From: an uncultured Rivularia sp.
GTDB taxonomy: Bacteria; Cyanobacteriota; Cyanobacteriia; Cyanobacteriales; Nostocaceae
Assembly (NCBI GenBank): GCA_963665115.1
Contig: OY762007.1
Coordinates: 480,001 to 544,000 of the forward strand
DNA: 64,000 nucleotides
Direction of reading: 5' to 3'
Shown here: positions 1 through 10,789 of the stretch, one piece after another
How positions within the stretch are numbered: position 1 is the first letter of the stretch
Layout: each line of letters begins with the position of its first letter
Notes under the pieces: generated by a model
The model's database searches: none
The model's input: the letters and a program-made list of their open reading frames with translations, nothing else
Told to the model about the DNA's origin: nothing
Translations under genes and position numbers: made by a program

Positions 1-760
1 TTTGATGAATATAACCATTAGTAGCTAAAATTCTTCCCGAATCCATCTTAAAATCGCTACCATCATACGCAGTAACTTTACCACCAGCTTCCCGTAAAAT
101 AATTATTCCAGCAGTAATATCCCAAGGTGACAAACCTCTTTCCCAGTATCCATCCAAACGCCCGCAAGCAGTATGAGCTAAATCCAACGCAGCGGAGCCA
201 CCACGCCTTACTCCTTGAGTTAAATGAGTTAAATGACAAAATTCCGTATAGTTGTTATCTGATGTTTCCCGACGGTCATAAGCGAAACCAGTAACTAACA
301 AACTTTTACTTAATTCTGAAGTCTTAGAAACACTTATCGGACGGCGATTACAAATTGCTCCCAACCCTTGAGCAGCGCGGTATAATTCATTGCGGTAAGG
401 GTCGTAAATTACACCAACTTGCGGCACACCATTAATTAAAAGCCCAATGGAAACCGAAAAAAACGGATATTCGTGAGCGAAATTTGTCGTACCATCCAAC
501 GGATCGATCGCCCAAAGATATTCTTGATTTTGATTACCTAACTTCCCAGATTCTTCAGCAAGAATAGCGTGTTCGGGAAAATGACGGCGTAAAGTTTCTA
601 AAACCACAGCTTCCGAAGCTTTATCGGCAGCAGTCACCAAATCACCAGGACGTTTTTCCGCAGTTTTATCTTCCACCTTACCTAAATAACCTTGTAAAAC
701 AGCACCAGCAGACAGCGCTGCTTCAGTTGCAATATCTAGAAAAATTTGTAAGTCAGCCAT
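1..760 (-). CDS. suhB: Inositol monophosphatase family protein, 3' end beyond the window edge
   Basis: Manual translation from ATG at 760: MADLQIFLDIATEAA...DLVTAADKASE...ILAEE...WAIDPLDGTTNFAH...WDITAG. Not in the ORF track because it runs off the window. Confidence 0.92.
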   Translation of the reverse strand, partial: MADLQIFLDIATEAALSAGAVLQGYLGKVEDKTAEKRPGDLVTAADKASEAVVLETLRRHFPEHAILAEESGKLGNQNQEYLWAIDPLDGTTNFAHEYPFFSVSIGLLINGVPQVGVIYDPYRNELYRAAQGLGAICNRRPISVSKTSELSKSLLVTGFAYDRRETSDNNYTEFCHLTHLTQGVRRGGSAALDLAHTACGRLDGYWERGLSPWDITAGIIILREAGGKVTAYDGSDFKMDSGRILATNGYIHQ

Positions 761-766
761 GAATTA

Positions 767-843
767 GGTTAAAGGTTAAAGGTTAAAGGTCAAAGGTATT
801 GAGTTAGGAGTTAGGAGTTAAGAGTTAGGAGTGAAGAGTTAAG
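767..843. repeat. Heptamer STRR-type tandem repeats (GGTTAAA, then GAGTTAG)
   Basis: Directly visible tandem 7-mers. Confidence 0.8.
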
Positions 844-885
844 AATTTTCTTGTCTCCTTGTCTCCTCATCTCCCTATCTCCCCA

Positions 886-1411
886 TCACCTGTAAACGCG
901 GCGAAACTCAGATGGAGAAAGACGCATGGGATCTTCGGGGTTCCAAATTCCTTCTCCCATCAGTCTAGACCAATGTTGTGCGCGTTCCAAACGGGAATCG
1001 TATTTGTGATTTGGCGATCGCGCTATGAATATTGCGTGTCCCTTCTTTAATTAGTTGTTCGTTTATTAATGTGTCATCTTTCCATACGTAAGCTAAGGTT
1101 CTGCCAAATTTATCTTTAGCTTCTAAGTCAAATTCTAATCTGACGGGTGAAGATTTATCTTGAATTAACTCCCTCAAACGTTCTTTGGAAGCTTCTCCCC
1201 AAGGTCGATGACGTGTAGAAGGGGCGCTAATACCAGTCAAACGCACTTCGGAAATTAAAGTAGGCTGTTCCCGAAAACCCATAACTTGCAAAGTTTGTCC
1301 GCTAACAACCCGCACCACTTTAATCGGCACCATTCCCGCTTGAAATGTATCTTTTTTAGCTTGGCACCCCAGCAGCAACAAGCAACATAAGACAATAACT
1401 ACTGACTTCAT
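886..1411 (-). CDS. Thermonuclease (SNase) family lipoprotein with an apparent +1 frameshift at 1040-1042
   Basis: Lipobox LLGC, VRLTGISAP, DKFGRTLAYVW. Removing one G restores LIKEGHAIFIARSPNHKYDSRLERAQ...GIWNP...EFRRVYR* ending at 886. Confidence 0.85.
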
Positions 1412-1524
1412 TGAATTTTAGATTTTAGATTAATAGTTATAAGTTAGGAGTAAAGGGTTATAAATTTAAATAAAATCCCCCTATCTCCCCATGCCCAATG
1501 CCCCATCCCCAATTCCCATCCTAA

Positions 1525-1893
1525 TTAATCTTCCTCAATCGGTAATCCCGCACGAACTCTACCTTTGGCAAAATAACGCCCGAATTGAAGTACGTAAACT
1601 TCGTCTTCGTCTTGGGTTTCTACTTCCAAGTCGGAACAGGCATAGCTAACGCATAGTAATGCATAGCCTTTTCTTTGCAGGTGAGGGGATAATCCCACGG
1701 CTTCTGGTTGAGATATATTTCCTTTAATAACTTTGACGGCACAAGTCGTACAAGCACCATTACGACAGGAAAACGGCAAATCTACGCCTTGTTTCTCAAA
1801 ACTGTGCAGGATGTAGCGATCGCCGGGTACTTCTAAGGTGTGTGTGGTGCCTTTTGCTCGATCTCTAACTGTGACTTTATATGTGGAGGACAT
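1525..1893 (-). CDS. Plant-type 2Fe-2S ferredoxin with C-terminal extension
   Basis: LPFSCRNGACTTC...LLC cysteine motif. Confidence 0.92.
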   Translation of the reverse strand: MSSTYKVTVRDRAKGTTHTLEVPGDRYILHSFEKQGVDLPFSCRNGACTTCAVKVIKGNISQPEAVGLSPHLQRKGYALLCVSYACSDLEVETQDEDEVYVLQFGRYFAKGRVRAGLPIEED

Positions 1894-1994
1894 AATGATT
1901 TCAGATTTCGGATTCGGTAATTATAGAATTATTCTCTCAAGGATTGCAGTTTATTTGATTTCAATGTAAGATGTCTTCTTGTGGCACTCCACCT

Positions 1995-2081
1995 GGAGAG
2001 GTGGCCGAGTGGTTTAAGGCGCAGCACTGGAAATGCTGTTTACTCGAAAGGGTAGCGAGGGTTCGAATCCCTCCCTCTCCG
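1995..2081 (+). tRNA. trnS: tRNA-Ser (GGA)
   Basis: GGAGAGG/CCTCTCC acceptor stem, CAGCA-ctGGAaa-TGCTG anticodon arm, long variable arm, GGTTCGAATCC T-arm. Confidence 0.97.
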
Positions 2082-2104
2082 TTTATAAATTTAAGTTATG
2101 TTAT

Positions 2105-2137
2105 ACCCACGTACACAATCGAGTATGTGGGTTTTTT
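2105..2137 (+). terminator. Intrinsic terminator after tRNA-Ser
   Basis: ACCCACGTAC...GTATGTGGGT hairpin followed by a T run. Confidence 0.65.
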
Positions 2138-2403
2138 GCTGAGTATAATCTCGAAACTTCAAATTTCAAGCTCTGAATCGAACATTCAACTATTGCGATC
2201 GGTAATGTTGTGACTTGTATCACTGAAGGTAACTTGTAAGCGCGGTCATTATGTAAAAGTGATGATGACCTTAAGGAAAGCTTATGGTAAAGCTGCAATT
2301 GAGAATTAACATTTCGATTAACGGGACTTAATGTCCAAGGAGTGTAATTCCTTAAGCGTTCAAAGTTGGGTTTGCGGATTTTTGTAGCTGTACAGGTAAA
2401 AGA

Positions 2404-4662
2404 ATGAAAAAGTTGGCATTGCTGATTGGGGTAAGCGAATATGAGTACGACTTGAATCCCCTACCAGGTGCCCTTAAGGATGTTGATGCAATCCAACGTG
2501 TTTTACAACATCCAGATATGGGTGATTTTTCCCCAAATAATATCAAACTATTGAAAAATCCGCAGATACCAAATATGGGAATGGAAATTGAGAAAATTTT
2601 CTCTAATTGCCAGAAGCATGATTTGGTGTTGCTATATTTTTCCGGGCATGGGATTAAAGATGATAATGGCAATCTTTATTTAGCGAGCAGTCAAACTTGC
2701 AAGCATCCTAACGGGCAATTGATTACTTCAAGCACTGTCGCTGCAAGTTTTATACACAATATCATGGATAAAAGCCCTTCTCGGAGGCAAGTAATTATTC
2801 TTGATTGCTGCTTCAGCGGTGCTTTTGCTCGCGGTATGACGGTAAAAAATGATGGTGATGTAGATATTAAAAATCAATTGGGAGGGGAAGGAAGGGCAGT
2901 TTTAACTTCTTCTACTTCTACTCAATATTCTTTTGAGGAACAGGCATCCAATCACTCAATTTATACGCGCTACCTTGTCGAAGGAATTGAAAATGGTAAA
3001 GCCGATTTGGATGGTGATGGTGTAATTTCAGTTGATGAACTGCATGAATATACTCGCACTAGAATGCAAGAAGTTGCACCCAAAAGTAAACCTGAGATTT
3101 ATGCTTTCAAGGAAGGTTATAAGATTCAGTTGGCAAAAGTATGTCTAACTCAACAGCTAATTCCGATTGCTAAAAATCAAATAGGTTTCGGTGAATTAAA
3201 GTTGGGAAGAATGCTGCAAGAGGAAAGCGCTGAAGATGAATTGCAAGTTGATTATCTACCTAATTTTTTAGAACCGTTTGATTTTTTGATTAAAACTTTA
3301 ATTACCAAACTCACTGAAAACTTTTTTACTAACGATCGAGCAAATAATTTATCTATTGATTCTGAATTTGAAATTCAAATATTAGAAATTATCCGAGAAG
3401 CTTCTGAAGCCGATTTTGTATTTATACTCGAAAATGATAGTCAGGATAACTGTTTTGTTAAATCACAAAGTAATTTAGCAGAAAATATTGAGAAGAATGG
3501 CTATATTAATATACTAAACACAATAATTTTTCCAATTATCTCTCATGAATCAGTTTTTAATCCCTCGCATCACGGCACTTATAAAATTCATGAATATGCT
3601 AAAGGTTCTGCCAATGCTTTTGTGATGATACCGTTAAAAATGCCTCCGAATGCTGAAATTATGGTAATTTGCGGTGTGCCTCGAAATTCGCATTTATTAG
3701 GAAATGCCTACGGTAGGATTTTATCTAGTTTTTATCAAAGCAGTCAAACATTTTTACAACCTGCATTAGTAGAAGCCGCTATTATTGATTCTTTAAAAAA
3801 GGATTTTAAATTTGTATCTGAATCGTTATACGAAAGACGTTTTCAACTATTTTGCGAACGGTTGCAGAAAATGGTTGTTTATTTTGAACCCTTAATTTGC
3901 ATAGATGCCAATGAATTTTTTATCAGTGGTTGGGAAGCTTTAGCTAGAGATCCTGAAAGTTTAACTGCTCCCGTCGATCTATTTCAAGCCGCAGAATTAT
4001 GGGGTTCTCGATTCAAAGTTGAGTTAGACCAATATTTTCTGAAAGTTGCAGCAAAAAGCTATAAAGAAGCTAGGAAGTTAAAACAAAGAAGACTGAGTGA
4101 TGTTGTACCATTGTCAGTTAATGTATATCCGGAATCATTAGTTAGAACGGAATATTTTGAAACTGTTAGAGAAATTTTGGCAGAAGATATTATTTCACCA
4201 CGAAATTTGGTCTTAGAAATTTCTGAAAAATCAGAATTACCAGAGTTTGACGATAGTATTCGATTAGATAATCCTTTAGCTTTTTTCAAAAATAAACTTT
4301 TAGAATACGTACATCAATTTAATATTCGATTTGCTATCGATGATTTTGGAGTTGGTTATTCTTCAGTTTCTCGACTAGCTGGTTTGAACCCATGTCATGT
4401 TAAAATTGACCGCGAAATCCTGCATCATCAATCTAGCGATCTAATTATTCGTTTCGTTCATCAAATTGTTAAAGATAATAATTTATATCCACCGAATGTA
4501 ATAGTTGAGGGTGTAGATGAAGAAACTCCGATTAGTTTATATCAATTAAAAAAAATAGGTGTAACTTATATTCAAGGGCATATTGTTGGTAAACCAGAGT
4601 CAGAAGTTTATCGTCTCAGCCAGGAAAAATATATAGAAACTCAAGAAAATGATTTCAGGTGA
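2404..4662 (+). CDS. Caspase-like (C14) protease fused to a GAF-like region and an EAL domain
   Basis: N-terminal ALLIGVSEY, YFSGHG, ILDCCFSG. C-terminal WEALAR, SVNV, LEISE, IDDFGVGYSS, VKIDR, VEGVD, IQGH. Confidence 0.9.
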   Translation: MKKLALLIGVSEYEYDLNPLPGALKDVDAIQRVLQHPDMGDFSPNNIKLLKNPQIPNMGMEIEKIFSNCQKHDLVLLYFSGHGIKDDNGNLYLASSQTCKHPNGQLITSSTVAASFIHNIMDKSPSRRQVIILDCCFSGAFARGMTVKNDGDVDIKNQLGGEGRAVLTSSTSTQYSFEEQASNHSIYTRYLVEGIENGKADLDGDGVISVDELHEYTRTRMQEVAPKSKPEIYAFKEGYKIQLAKVCLTQQLIPIAKNQIGFGELKLGRMLQEESAEDELQVDYLPNFLEPFDFLIKTLITKLTENFFTNDRANNLSIDSEFEIQILEIIREASEADFVFILENDSQDNCFVKSQSNLAENIEKNGYINILNTIIFPIISHESVFNPSHHGTYKIHEYAKGSANAFVMIPLKMPPNAEIMVICGVPRNSHLLGNAYGRILSSFYQSSQTFLQPALVEAAIIDSLKKDFKFVSESLYERRFQLFCERLQKMVVYFEPLICIDANEFFISGWEALARDPESLTAPVDLFQAAELWGSRFKVELDQYFLKVAAKSYKEARKLKQRRLSDVVPLSVNVYPESLVRTEYFETVREILAEDIISPRNLVLEISEKSELPEFDDSIRLDNPLAFFKNKLLEYVHQFNIRFAIDDFGVGYSSVSRLAGLNPCHVKIDREILHHQSSDLIIRFVHQIVKDNNLYPPNVIVEGVDEETPISLYQLKKIGVTYIQGHIVGKPESEVYRLSQEKYIETQENDFR

Positions 4663-4745
4663 GATTGTTTAAGGGAAAATCTTTAATTTTCGGAGTTATT
4701 GCTCTTATAATTGTTTATGTAAGTATAATCTCGCAATAGGGCTGT

Positions 4746-5126
4746 ATGATTACTGACTTGACTGACGTGAAGCTGACTATTTCTTTTGTAGATCCAGATT
4801 TAGACGAGGAAGAAAAAGAAGCAGAGGTAATTAAGCTGCTTGCACAAATGAAGAATTTAGATGAAGTTGAAGAAGTTGGGCGGGTTGCCGAAGCGAGTGT
4901 ACCTCAAAACAGCAAGTCAATATCGGGTTATATCGCTGGAAAAGTTTGGACTTTCGTGAAATCTCAGAATATTAAACAAGTATGGGGATTTTTGAGCGAG
5001 CGTCTTGGTAATAAAGTTATTGAAGTAGAAGCAGAAGCTAATGGTAAGAAAATTAAGGTAAAAGCTAAAAATTCCCAAGAGTTACAAGAAGCAGTTAAAG
5101 CAGTGCAGGAATTTATTAAAAGTTAA
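4746..5126 (+). CDS. Small EACC1-like protein (caspase-associated component)
   Basis: DPDLDEEEKE...LLAQM...V..V...P.NSK followed by an amphipathic segment and IEVEAEANGKKIKVKA. Resembles the small proteins found beside cyanobacterial caspases; recognised by eye. Confidence 0.65.
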   Translation: MITDLTDVKLTISFVDPDLDEEEKEAEVIKLLAQMKNLDEVEEVGRVAEASVPQNSKSISGYIAGKVWTFVKSQNIKQVWGFLSERLGNKVIEVEAEANGKKIKVKAKNSQELQEAVKAVQEFIKS

Positions 5127-5204
5127 ATAAGATGTAGTTCGATTTTGACCGGCTGAACCTTAGTTTAACCAGTATTTTAGAATTGATTTTTCATCTAAAA
5201 CTCT

Positions 5205-5463
5205 CTAACATAAACAATGGTAAGTTTCTTGTTGAGTTATTTCATCAACTGCTGTTTGACGATAAGCCTTGTATCTATTACCTGAAGGGGCAAGCCAAGC
5301 AGAGATTTTCAAAGATACTTTCCCCTCCTGCCGAACGAGGAACAATATGTTCTAATTCAAAGGTACTTATTGTCAGGGATTCATTTGTACGACAATAAGC
5401 ACAACAGTTATTAAAATGATTGCGAATTCGCCGTTGTAACTCTACAGCAATATAAACACTCAC
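5205..5463 (-). pseudogene. HNH endonuclease, frameshifted and truncated
   Basis: CAYC, EHIVPRSAGG, NLCLACP. After a shift at GGGG (5287-5290) it continues SGNRYKAYRQTAVDEITQQE and then stops. Confidence 0.75.
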
Positions 5464-5474
5464 GCGATTTCACA

Positions 5475-5804
5475 TTACCCCTGAAGATGATTTAAGCTAT
5501 ATCTAGCTCTAGTTTTTAGAATATTTAGCTGGTCAACCTTTGTCAATAAACTATCTAAAATTTCACTTTCATTATTTGACAGTTGATTATCGCTATTTCT
5601 TGCTAATAAATCATTTAATTCAGTTTGAGTGCTTGTAGATAACTTAATATCCGCTAAAGCTTGTAATTCATCTATACTTAAATTAGTTAAAAGTTCAGAA
5701 TCTACCACCGATTGATTCATCAATTTATGGTAAGTGTCCAAATCTAACAATACGCCTATTCTTTCTCCTTGGTTGTTGGTAAGATACTGTACTGATTCAG
5801 TCAT
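5475..5804 (-). CDS. Hypothetical antitoxin-like protein upstream of the HNH gene
   Basis: 109 aa ORF with VQYLTN..GERIGVLL N-terminus, closely coupled to the HNH ORF. Confidence 0.6.
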   Translation of the reverse strand: MTESVQYLTNNQGERIGVLLDLDTYHKLMNQSVVDSELLTNLSIDELQALADIKLSTSTQTELNDLLARNSDNQLSNNESEILDSLLTKVDQLNILKTRARYSLNHLQG

Positions 5805-6168
5805 AATTATTGATTCCCTTTACAATAACTTTTTTAATACAAAACTTCTTACTATCAATTTTAACGGTTATAGCTGTGTTTTTTATGCTAACTAAGTAGT
5901 AAAAAAGGGAGTAGTGAATAGAAAACGGTGGCAAGACGAATAGATAATAATAGCTCGATCAATTTCTATTATCAAACAGCAGTTTGTATTCCTAGACACA
6001 TTTATATCAATACATAGTTCTTGTAAACAATCGCAAAGTAAACTTAACTACCATTCGTAGCAAAAACTATAATAATTGGTTTGGCAAGACTTTAAAATAA
6101 AAAATACTTGCAGTATCGCTGCACTCAGTTAAGAATTAATACGGTAAAGCACGCGGAGTAATTATAAG

Positions 6169-7600
6169 GTGAGTCAGTCATTTGATTACGATTTAGCGAT
6201 CGTCGGCGCTGGAGTAGGTGGACATGGCGCTGCCTTACACGCCGTTAGCTGTGGATTAAAAACTGCAATTATTGAAGCTGGTGATATGGGGGGAACCTGC
6301 GTTAACCGTGGTTGTATCCCCTCGAAGGCGTTACTTGCTGCTTCTGGAAGAGTGCGGGAGTTACGCGATGCTTACCATCTCAAGTCGATGGGTATTCAAA
6401 TTGATAACGTAAGATTTGAAAGAAATGATATAGCAAACCATGCGAATAATTTGGTGGCGAAGATTCAAGGAGATTTAACTAATTCTCTTAAACGTTTGGG
6501 TGTTGATATTATTCAAGGTTGGGGTAAAGTTGCCGGAAAACAAAAGGTAACTATTGATACTCCTGACGGTGAAAAAACTATTACAGCTAAAGATATTATT
6601 CTTTCTACTGGTTCGGTTCCTTTTGTCCCACCGGGGATTGAAGTTGATGGTAAAACGGTGTTTACCAGCGACCAAGCGGTAAAGTTGGAATGGTTGCCGC
6701 AATGGGTAGCAATTGTTGGTAGCGGCTACATCGGTTTGGAATTTTCCGATGTTTACTCGGCTTTGGGTTGCGAAATCACCATGATAGAAGCTTTACCCCA
6801 ATTAATGCCGGGATTTGACCGCGATATTGCTAAACTTGCCGAAAGAGTATTAATAAATCCTCGCGATATTGAAACTTATTCTGGAATATACGCTAAAAAA
6901 ATTACTCCTGGTTCACCAGTAATTATTGAATTAGCTGATTTTAAGACTAAAGAAGATGTAGACGTATTAGAAGTTGATGCTTGTTTGGTTGCTACCGGAA
7001 GAATTCCAGTCACGCAAAACATTGGCTTAGATTCGGTGAGTGTTGAATTAGATAGACGCAAGTTTATTCCGGTAAATGATTCGATGGCAGTACTCTCTCA
7101 AGGGGAAACCCGTACCGCATTTATGGGCGATTGGCGATGCTACTGGCAAAATGATGCTGGCTCATGCTGCTTCCGCTCAAGGTATTACCGCCGTGGAAAA
7201 CATCTGCGGTAGAACAAAGGAAATTGATTATGCAAGCATTCCCGCAGCAGCATTTACTCATCCAGAGATTAGCTATGTGGGAATGACGCAGGAACAAGCT
7301 AAAGAAAAAGCCCAAACCGAAGGCTTTGAAGTTGGAGTTAGTAAAAGTTATTTTAAAGGTAATTCCAAAGCTTTAGCAGAAGGAGAAGCCGACGGAATCG
7401 CCAAAGTTGTTTATCGCAAAGATACCGGAGAAGTGCTTGGAGTCCACATCTTCGGACTTCACGCAGCCGATATCATCCATGAAGCAAGTGCGGCGATCGC
7501 CAATCGTCAAAGCGTAAATTCACTAGCCCATCTAGTCCACGCCCATCCCACACTTTCCGAAGTCTTGGATGAAGCATATAAAAGAGCGGCAGTCAGTTAA
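6169..7600 (+). CDS. lpdA: Dihydrolipoamide dehydrogenase with an apparent +1 frameshift at about 7102-7111
   Basis: [33 protein letters not shown]. The two ORFs join as [13 protein letters not shown] if one base is removed. Confidence 0.93.
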
Positions 7601-7716
7601 TCAGGTTAGAGGTTAAAGGTTAAAGGTCAAAGGTTATAAATGTAGTGGGAGCGTCTCGCTCCCTATTTACAATAAAGTTGTGAATTGAAATTTTCTCCTC
7701 CCTCTACCCCCAATCC

Positions 7717-7810
7717 CCAATTACCAATTACCAATTACCAATTACCAATTACCAATTACCAATTACCAATTACCGATTACCAATTACCAATTACCAATTA
7801 CCAATTACCA
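7717..7810. repeat. (CCAATTA)n STRR tandem array, about 13 units
   Basis: Directly visible, with one CCGATTA variant. Confidence 0.95.
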
Positions 7811-8701
7811 ATGCAAATCCGTCGTCGTCCCCCCAATCCCGATATTGCCGTAATGTCATTGCGGTATCAAATTGCTGCTGCTGATGCCGAGCCAAGCAAT
7901 ATTTTAGAAGAAATTGTTTGGTATAAAGAAGCTGAAGTTGACCAAATGCGCGATAAGCAGTCTTTACAGGATTTGCAGCGCCAAATGGCTAATACTCCAC
8001 CCGCTCGCGATTTTCTGGCTGCTTTACGTCAAGGAAAAACTAAACCGGCTTTAATCGCAGAGGTAAAAAAAGCTTCTCCTAGCAAAGGCGTATTACGGGA
8101 AGATTTTGACCCCGTACAAATTGCTCTTGAGTATCAAAAAGGTGGCGCTAGCTGTCTTTCGGTGCTTACAGATAAAAAGTTTTTTCAGGGTAGTTTTGAA
8201 AATTTATCTAAAGTCAGGGCTGCTGTAGATTTACCTCTGCTGTGTAAGGAATTTATTATTTATCCTTACCAAATGTATATGGCACGTCTTCGCGGTGCTG
8301 ATGCAGTTTTACTTATAGCAGCGGTACTCAGCGACCAAGATTTACAATACTTTGTAAAAATCGCTAAGGCTTTACAGTTAACGGCTTTGATTGAAGTTCA
8401 TACTCTGGAAGAACTTGACCGTGTTTTAGCTGTAGATGGTGTTTCCTTAATTGGGATCAATAATCGTAATTTGGAAGACTTTTCTGTTGACTTACAAACT
8501 ACTTGTAAGTTATTACAGGCAAGGACTAAACAATTGCAGGAACGAAATATCCTTGTAGTTAGCGAATCGGGATTACATACCCCATCGGATTTAAGTTTAG
8601 TAGCCAAAAGTGGTGCCTCTGCGGTATTAATTGGTGAATCTCTGGTAAAACAGCCAGATCCAGCTTTGTCTATTACCAATCTATTCGCAAATTTTTCATA
8701 A
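7811..8701 (+). CDS. trpC: Indole-3-glycerol phosphate synthase
   Basis: [28 protein letters not shown]. Start placed at MQIRRR, after the STRR array. Confidence 0.95.
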   Translation: MQIRRRPPNPDIAVMSLRYQIAAADAEPSNILEEIVWYKEAEVDQMRDKQSLQDLQRQMANTPPARDFLAALRQGKTKPALIAEVKKASPSKGVLREDFDPVQIALEYQKGGASCLSVLTDKKFFQGSFENLSKVRAAVDLPLLCKEFIIYPYQMYMARLRGADAVLLIAAVLSDQDLQYFVKIAKALQLTALIEVHTLEELDRVLAVDGVSLIGINNRNLEDFSVDLQTTCKLLQARTKQLQERNILVVSESGLHTPSDLSLVAKSGASAVLIGESLVKQPDPALSITNLFANFS

Positions 8702-8812
8702 CCAACTTTTTTGGACTTGCAACAATTCACTTGTTGGCTGTGTAACAATTTATTTATTACATACCTTGAGCTTGGCTAGAGCCTCAACCCTATCAACTAT
8801 CTTTTAAACTTC

Positions 8813-9064
8813 ATGGAGCAAATTCCTCTTCCTTCACCCGTTCATTACGAACTATTACTGCAATTACTTGAAAGGCAAACCATGAATGCAGTTAATCAAA
8901 ATCCCAATTTACGGAACCAGGTAAATCAATTAATTATTACCCTCCGTAAAGCAGCTGTCCAACAAAAGCATTTGGAACAAGTCTGTGAGGTTTCTTCTAT
9001 GGAAGTTTCGCACCGTTGGTCTATCAATCACCTTAGCTCCGGACAAATTGCAGCTTCTGAGTAA
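8813..9064 (+). CDS. Conserved cyanobacterial hypothetical protein (DUF5340-like)
   Basis: PLPSPVHYELLLQLLE...LIITLRKA...HRWS. Confidence 0.7.
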   Translation: MEQIPLPSPVHYELLLQLLERQTMNAVNQNPNLRNQVNQLIITLRKAAVQQKHLEQVCEVSSMEVSHRWSINHLSSGQIAASE

Positions 9065-9426
9065 CGTGCTAGTTACCATAACTGCTAGTAGGGCAACACA
9101 AATACAAAGCATTACCTAAGTTTTGTCTTCGGTCTATTTGTCTTGAAAGCATAGAAAATATACTTTAACCACCAAGTCTGAGGAGCGCTATATATAGCCT
9201 TGGCTGAATAACAACAATTTACTATCTGCCCTACAACAGTTTCTTTTACTTTAGACTGCTAATCTACAAATCTATTGTACAAATAGCATAAATAATAAAA
9301 TAGACACCTATTATACCATTAAATTTAATTGTCACTACAAAATAATTAATAGGAAGTAGGGAACAGGCAAGAGGGAATAGGCAATTATTATTAACTCCTC
9401 ACTCCTAACTCTCAATCCAAAATCCC

Positions 9427-9468
9427 AAACAAAAGAGCGAGTTGAATATTCAACTCGCTCTTTTGTTT
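9427..9468. terminator. 42-bp perfect palindrome, probable bidirectional terminator
   Basis: AAACAAAAGAGCGAGTTGAAT|ATTCAACTCGCTCTTTTGTTT between convergent genes. Confidence 0.7.
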
Positions 9469-9557
9469 TATATATAATTACATTCGGAATCAGTCTTCGC
9501 AAAAAGTGGAGTCTTTGCAACAACATCTTTTTATTCTCCCTATTGCTAACTCATTAC

Positions 9558-9797
9558 CTATGCTGTTTCTAACCAATCGTATATTTGCTCCAACTGCTCT
9601 AAAGTTACCAAACCATATTGCCACAAAATCATCGGTAAAGGACCTGGATCTTGTTCGCTGTGACGTAAAGCTACCGCTAGCGAAGCCGTAGAAATCGATA
9701 AGTCATCTTGCAAAAAACGTATCAGTCTCGAATAATTAGATTGTGCCATTTTTGTCTCACCTCCTTCAGTAGGGTGTATTGTCATATATCTATCCAT
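9558..9797 (-). CDS. DUF2949 family protein
   Basis: GPLPMILWQYGLVTLEQLEQIYDWL. Confidence 0.8.
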   Translation of the reverse strand: MDRYMTIHPTEGGETKMAQSNYSRLIRFLQDDLSISTASLAVALRHSEQDPGPLPMILWQYGLVTLEQLEQIYDWLETA

Positions 9798-10270
9798 TCT
9801 TTATCCGTAGCTAGTAGCTAGTAATTCATGTGTCACTGCACGGTTGTCTAATAAACAGTTGAGTATAGTTTGTCCAATGCAAGACGACAAAGGAGAACCA
9901 AGGGAAATAAATATCTTAGCTTGATTTATATCAATAGTCTCAAGTAACACTTCACTTAATTTAAAAGAGTTTAATTCTTTCTACTTAAGTGATGATAGCT
10001 AATTTAATTTCTTGTAACAAAGATTCCATAGCTTATACTCCCCCATTTGCAGCTGTTTACACGTACACCAAAAGGAAGATTTTTGGGATCGAATATAAAT
10101 TTTGACTTGACTTGAACCCAGACAGTTAGTAATAGACTAGCAGCAATGCAAATCTTAACATCACATTCGATTTTTATACCACTATTATTGATACTTTTTT
10201 ATCAACAATCGTTTAAATATATATCTATTAAGCTATATAAGCAGATATGCTGTCTTTATCTATTAAGTAA

Positions 10271-10789
10271 TTATTGGGATTGCGTAGAATCAATTGTTAC
10301 TTGATCGCCTTTTTTTAAGTCTAGTTCAGTAGCTCTCCCAGAACGTAATTCAATCACTTGGTCGATAAGAGTTCTTGGCCCGTAGGTGGGGCAAGGTTCT
10401 TCTGTGCAGGGAGGTGCGGAAACTTCTACATATTGGACTACTCCTTTACGCAGAAAAACCATATCTAAAGCAACTGGTACATTTTTCATCCAAAAACTAA
10501 CTGGTTGGGCAGAAGGAAAGTTAAACAGCATTCCTCGGTTATCAGGCAAAGCTTGTCTGTACATCAATCCCATTGCTTGTTGCTGTGGTGTCCGCGCTAC
10601 TTCTAACTGAATTTGCGTACCGTCGGGAATAGTCGCTACAGCAGATATTGGTAGTTCTTGACCTAAATTATTCACACTTAAAGGAGTTGGGGATACGGTG
10701 ATATTAGGAGCTTTTGCTGGTGTCTGTTGGGAACAGCTTATAAGTAAAATGCCTAATACTATAGGTAATAATCTTTGACAATATTTCAT
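10271..10789 (-). CDS. DUF192 family lipoprotein
   Basis: LEVA.TP.QQ.MGLMYR, GMLF, FWMKN...LDMVF, VIEL; lipobox LISC. Confidence 0.88.
   Translation of the reverse strand: MKYCQRLLPIVLGILLISCSQQTPAKAPNITVSPTPLSVNNLGQELPISAVATIPDGTQIQLEVARTPQQQAMGLMYRQALPDNRGMLFNFPSAQPVSFWMKNVPVALDMVFLRKGVVQYVEVSAPPCTEEPCPTYGPRTLIDQVIELRSGRATELDLKKGDQVTIDSTQSQ

Noticed and set aside
1971..2213. 80 aa ORF
   Set aside because: Overlaps tRNA-Ser; spurious
6169..7600. lpdA as a pseudogene or programmed frameshift
   Set aside because: Fits the window-wide +1 homopolymer error pattern
7685..7810. PITNYQL repeat extension of TrpC
   Set aside because: Translation of the CCAATTA STRR array; the likely start is 7811
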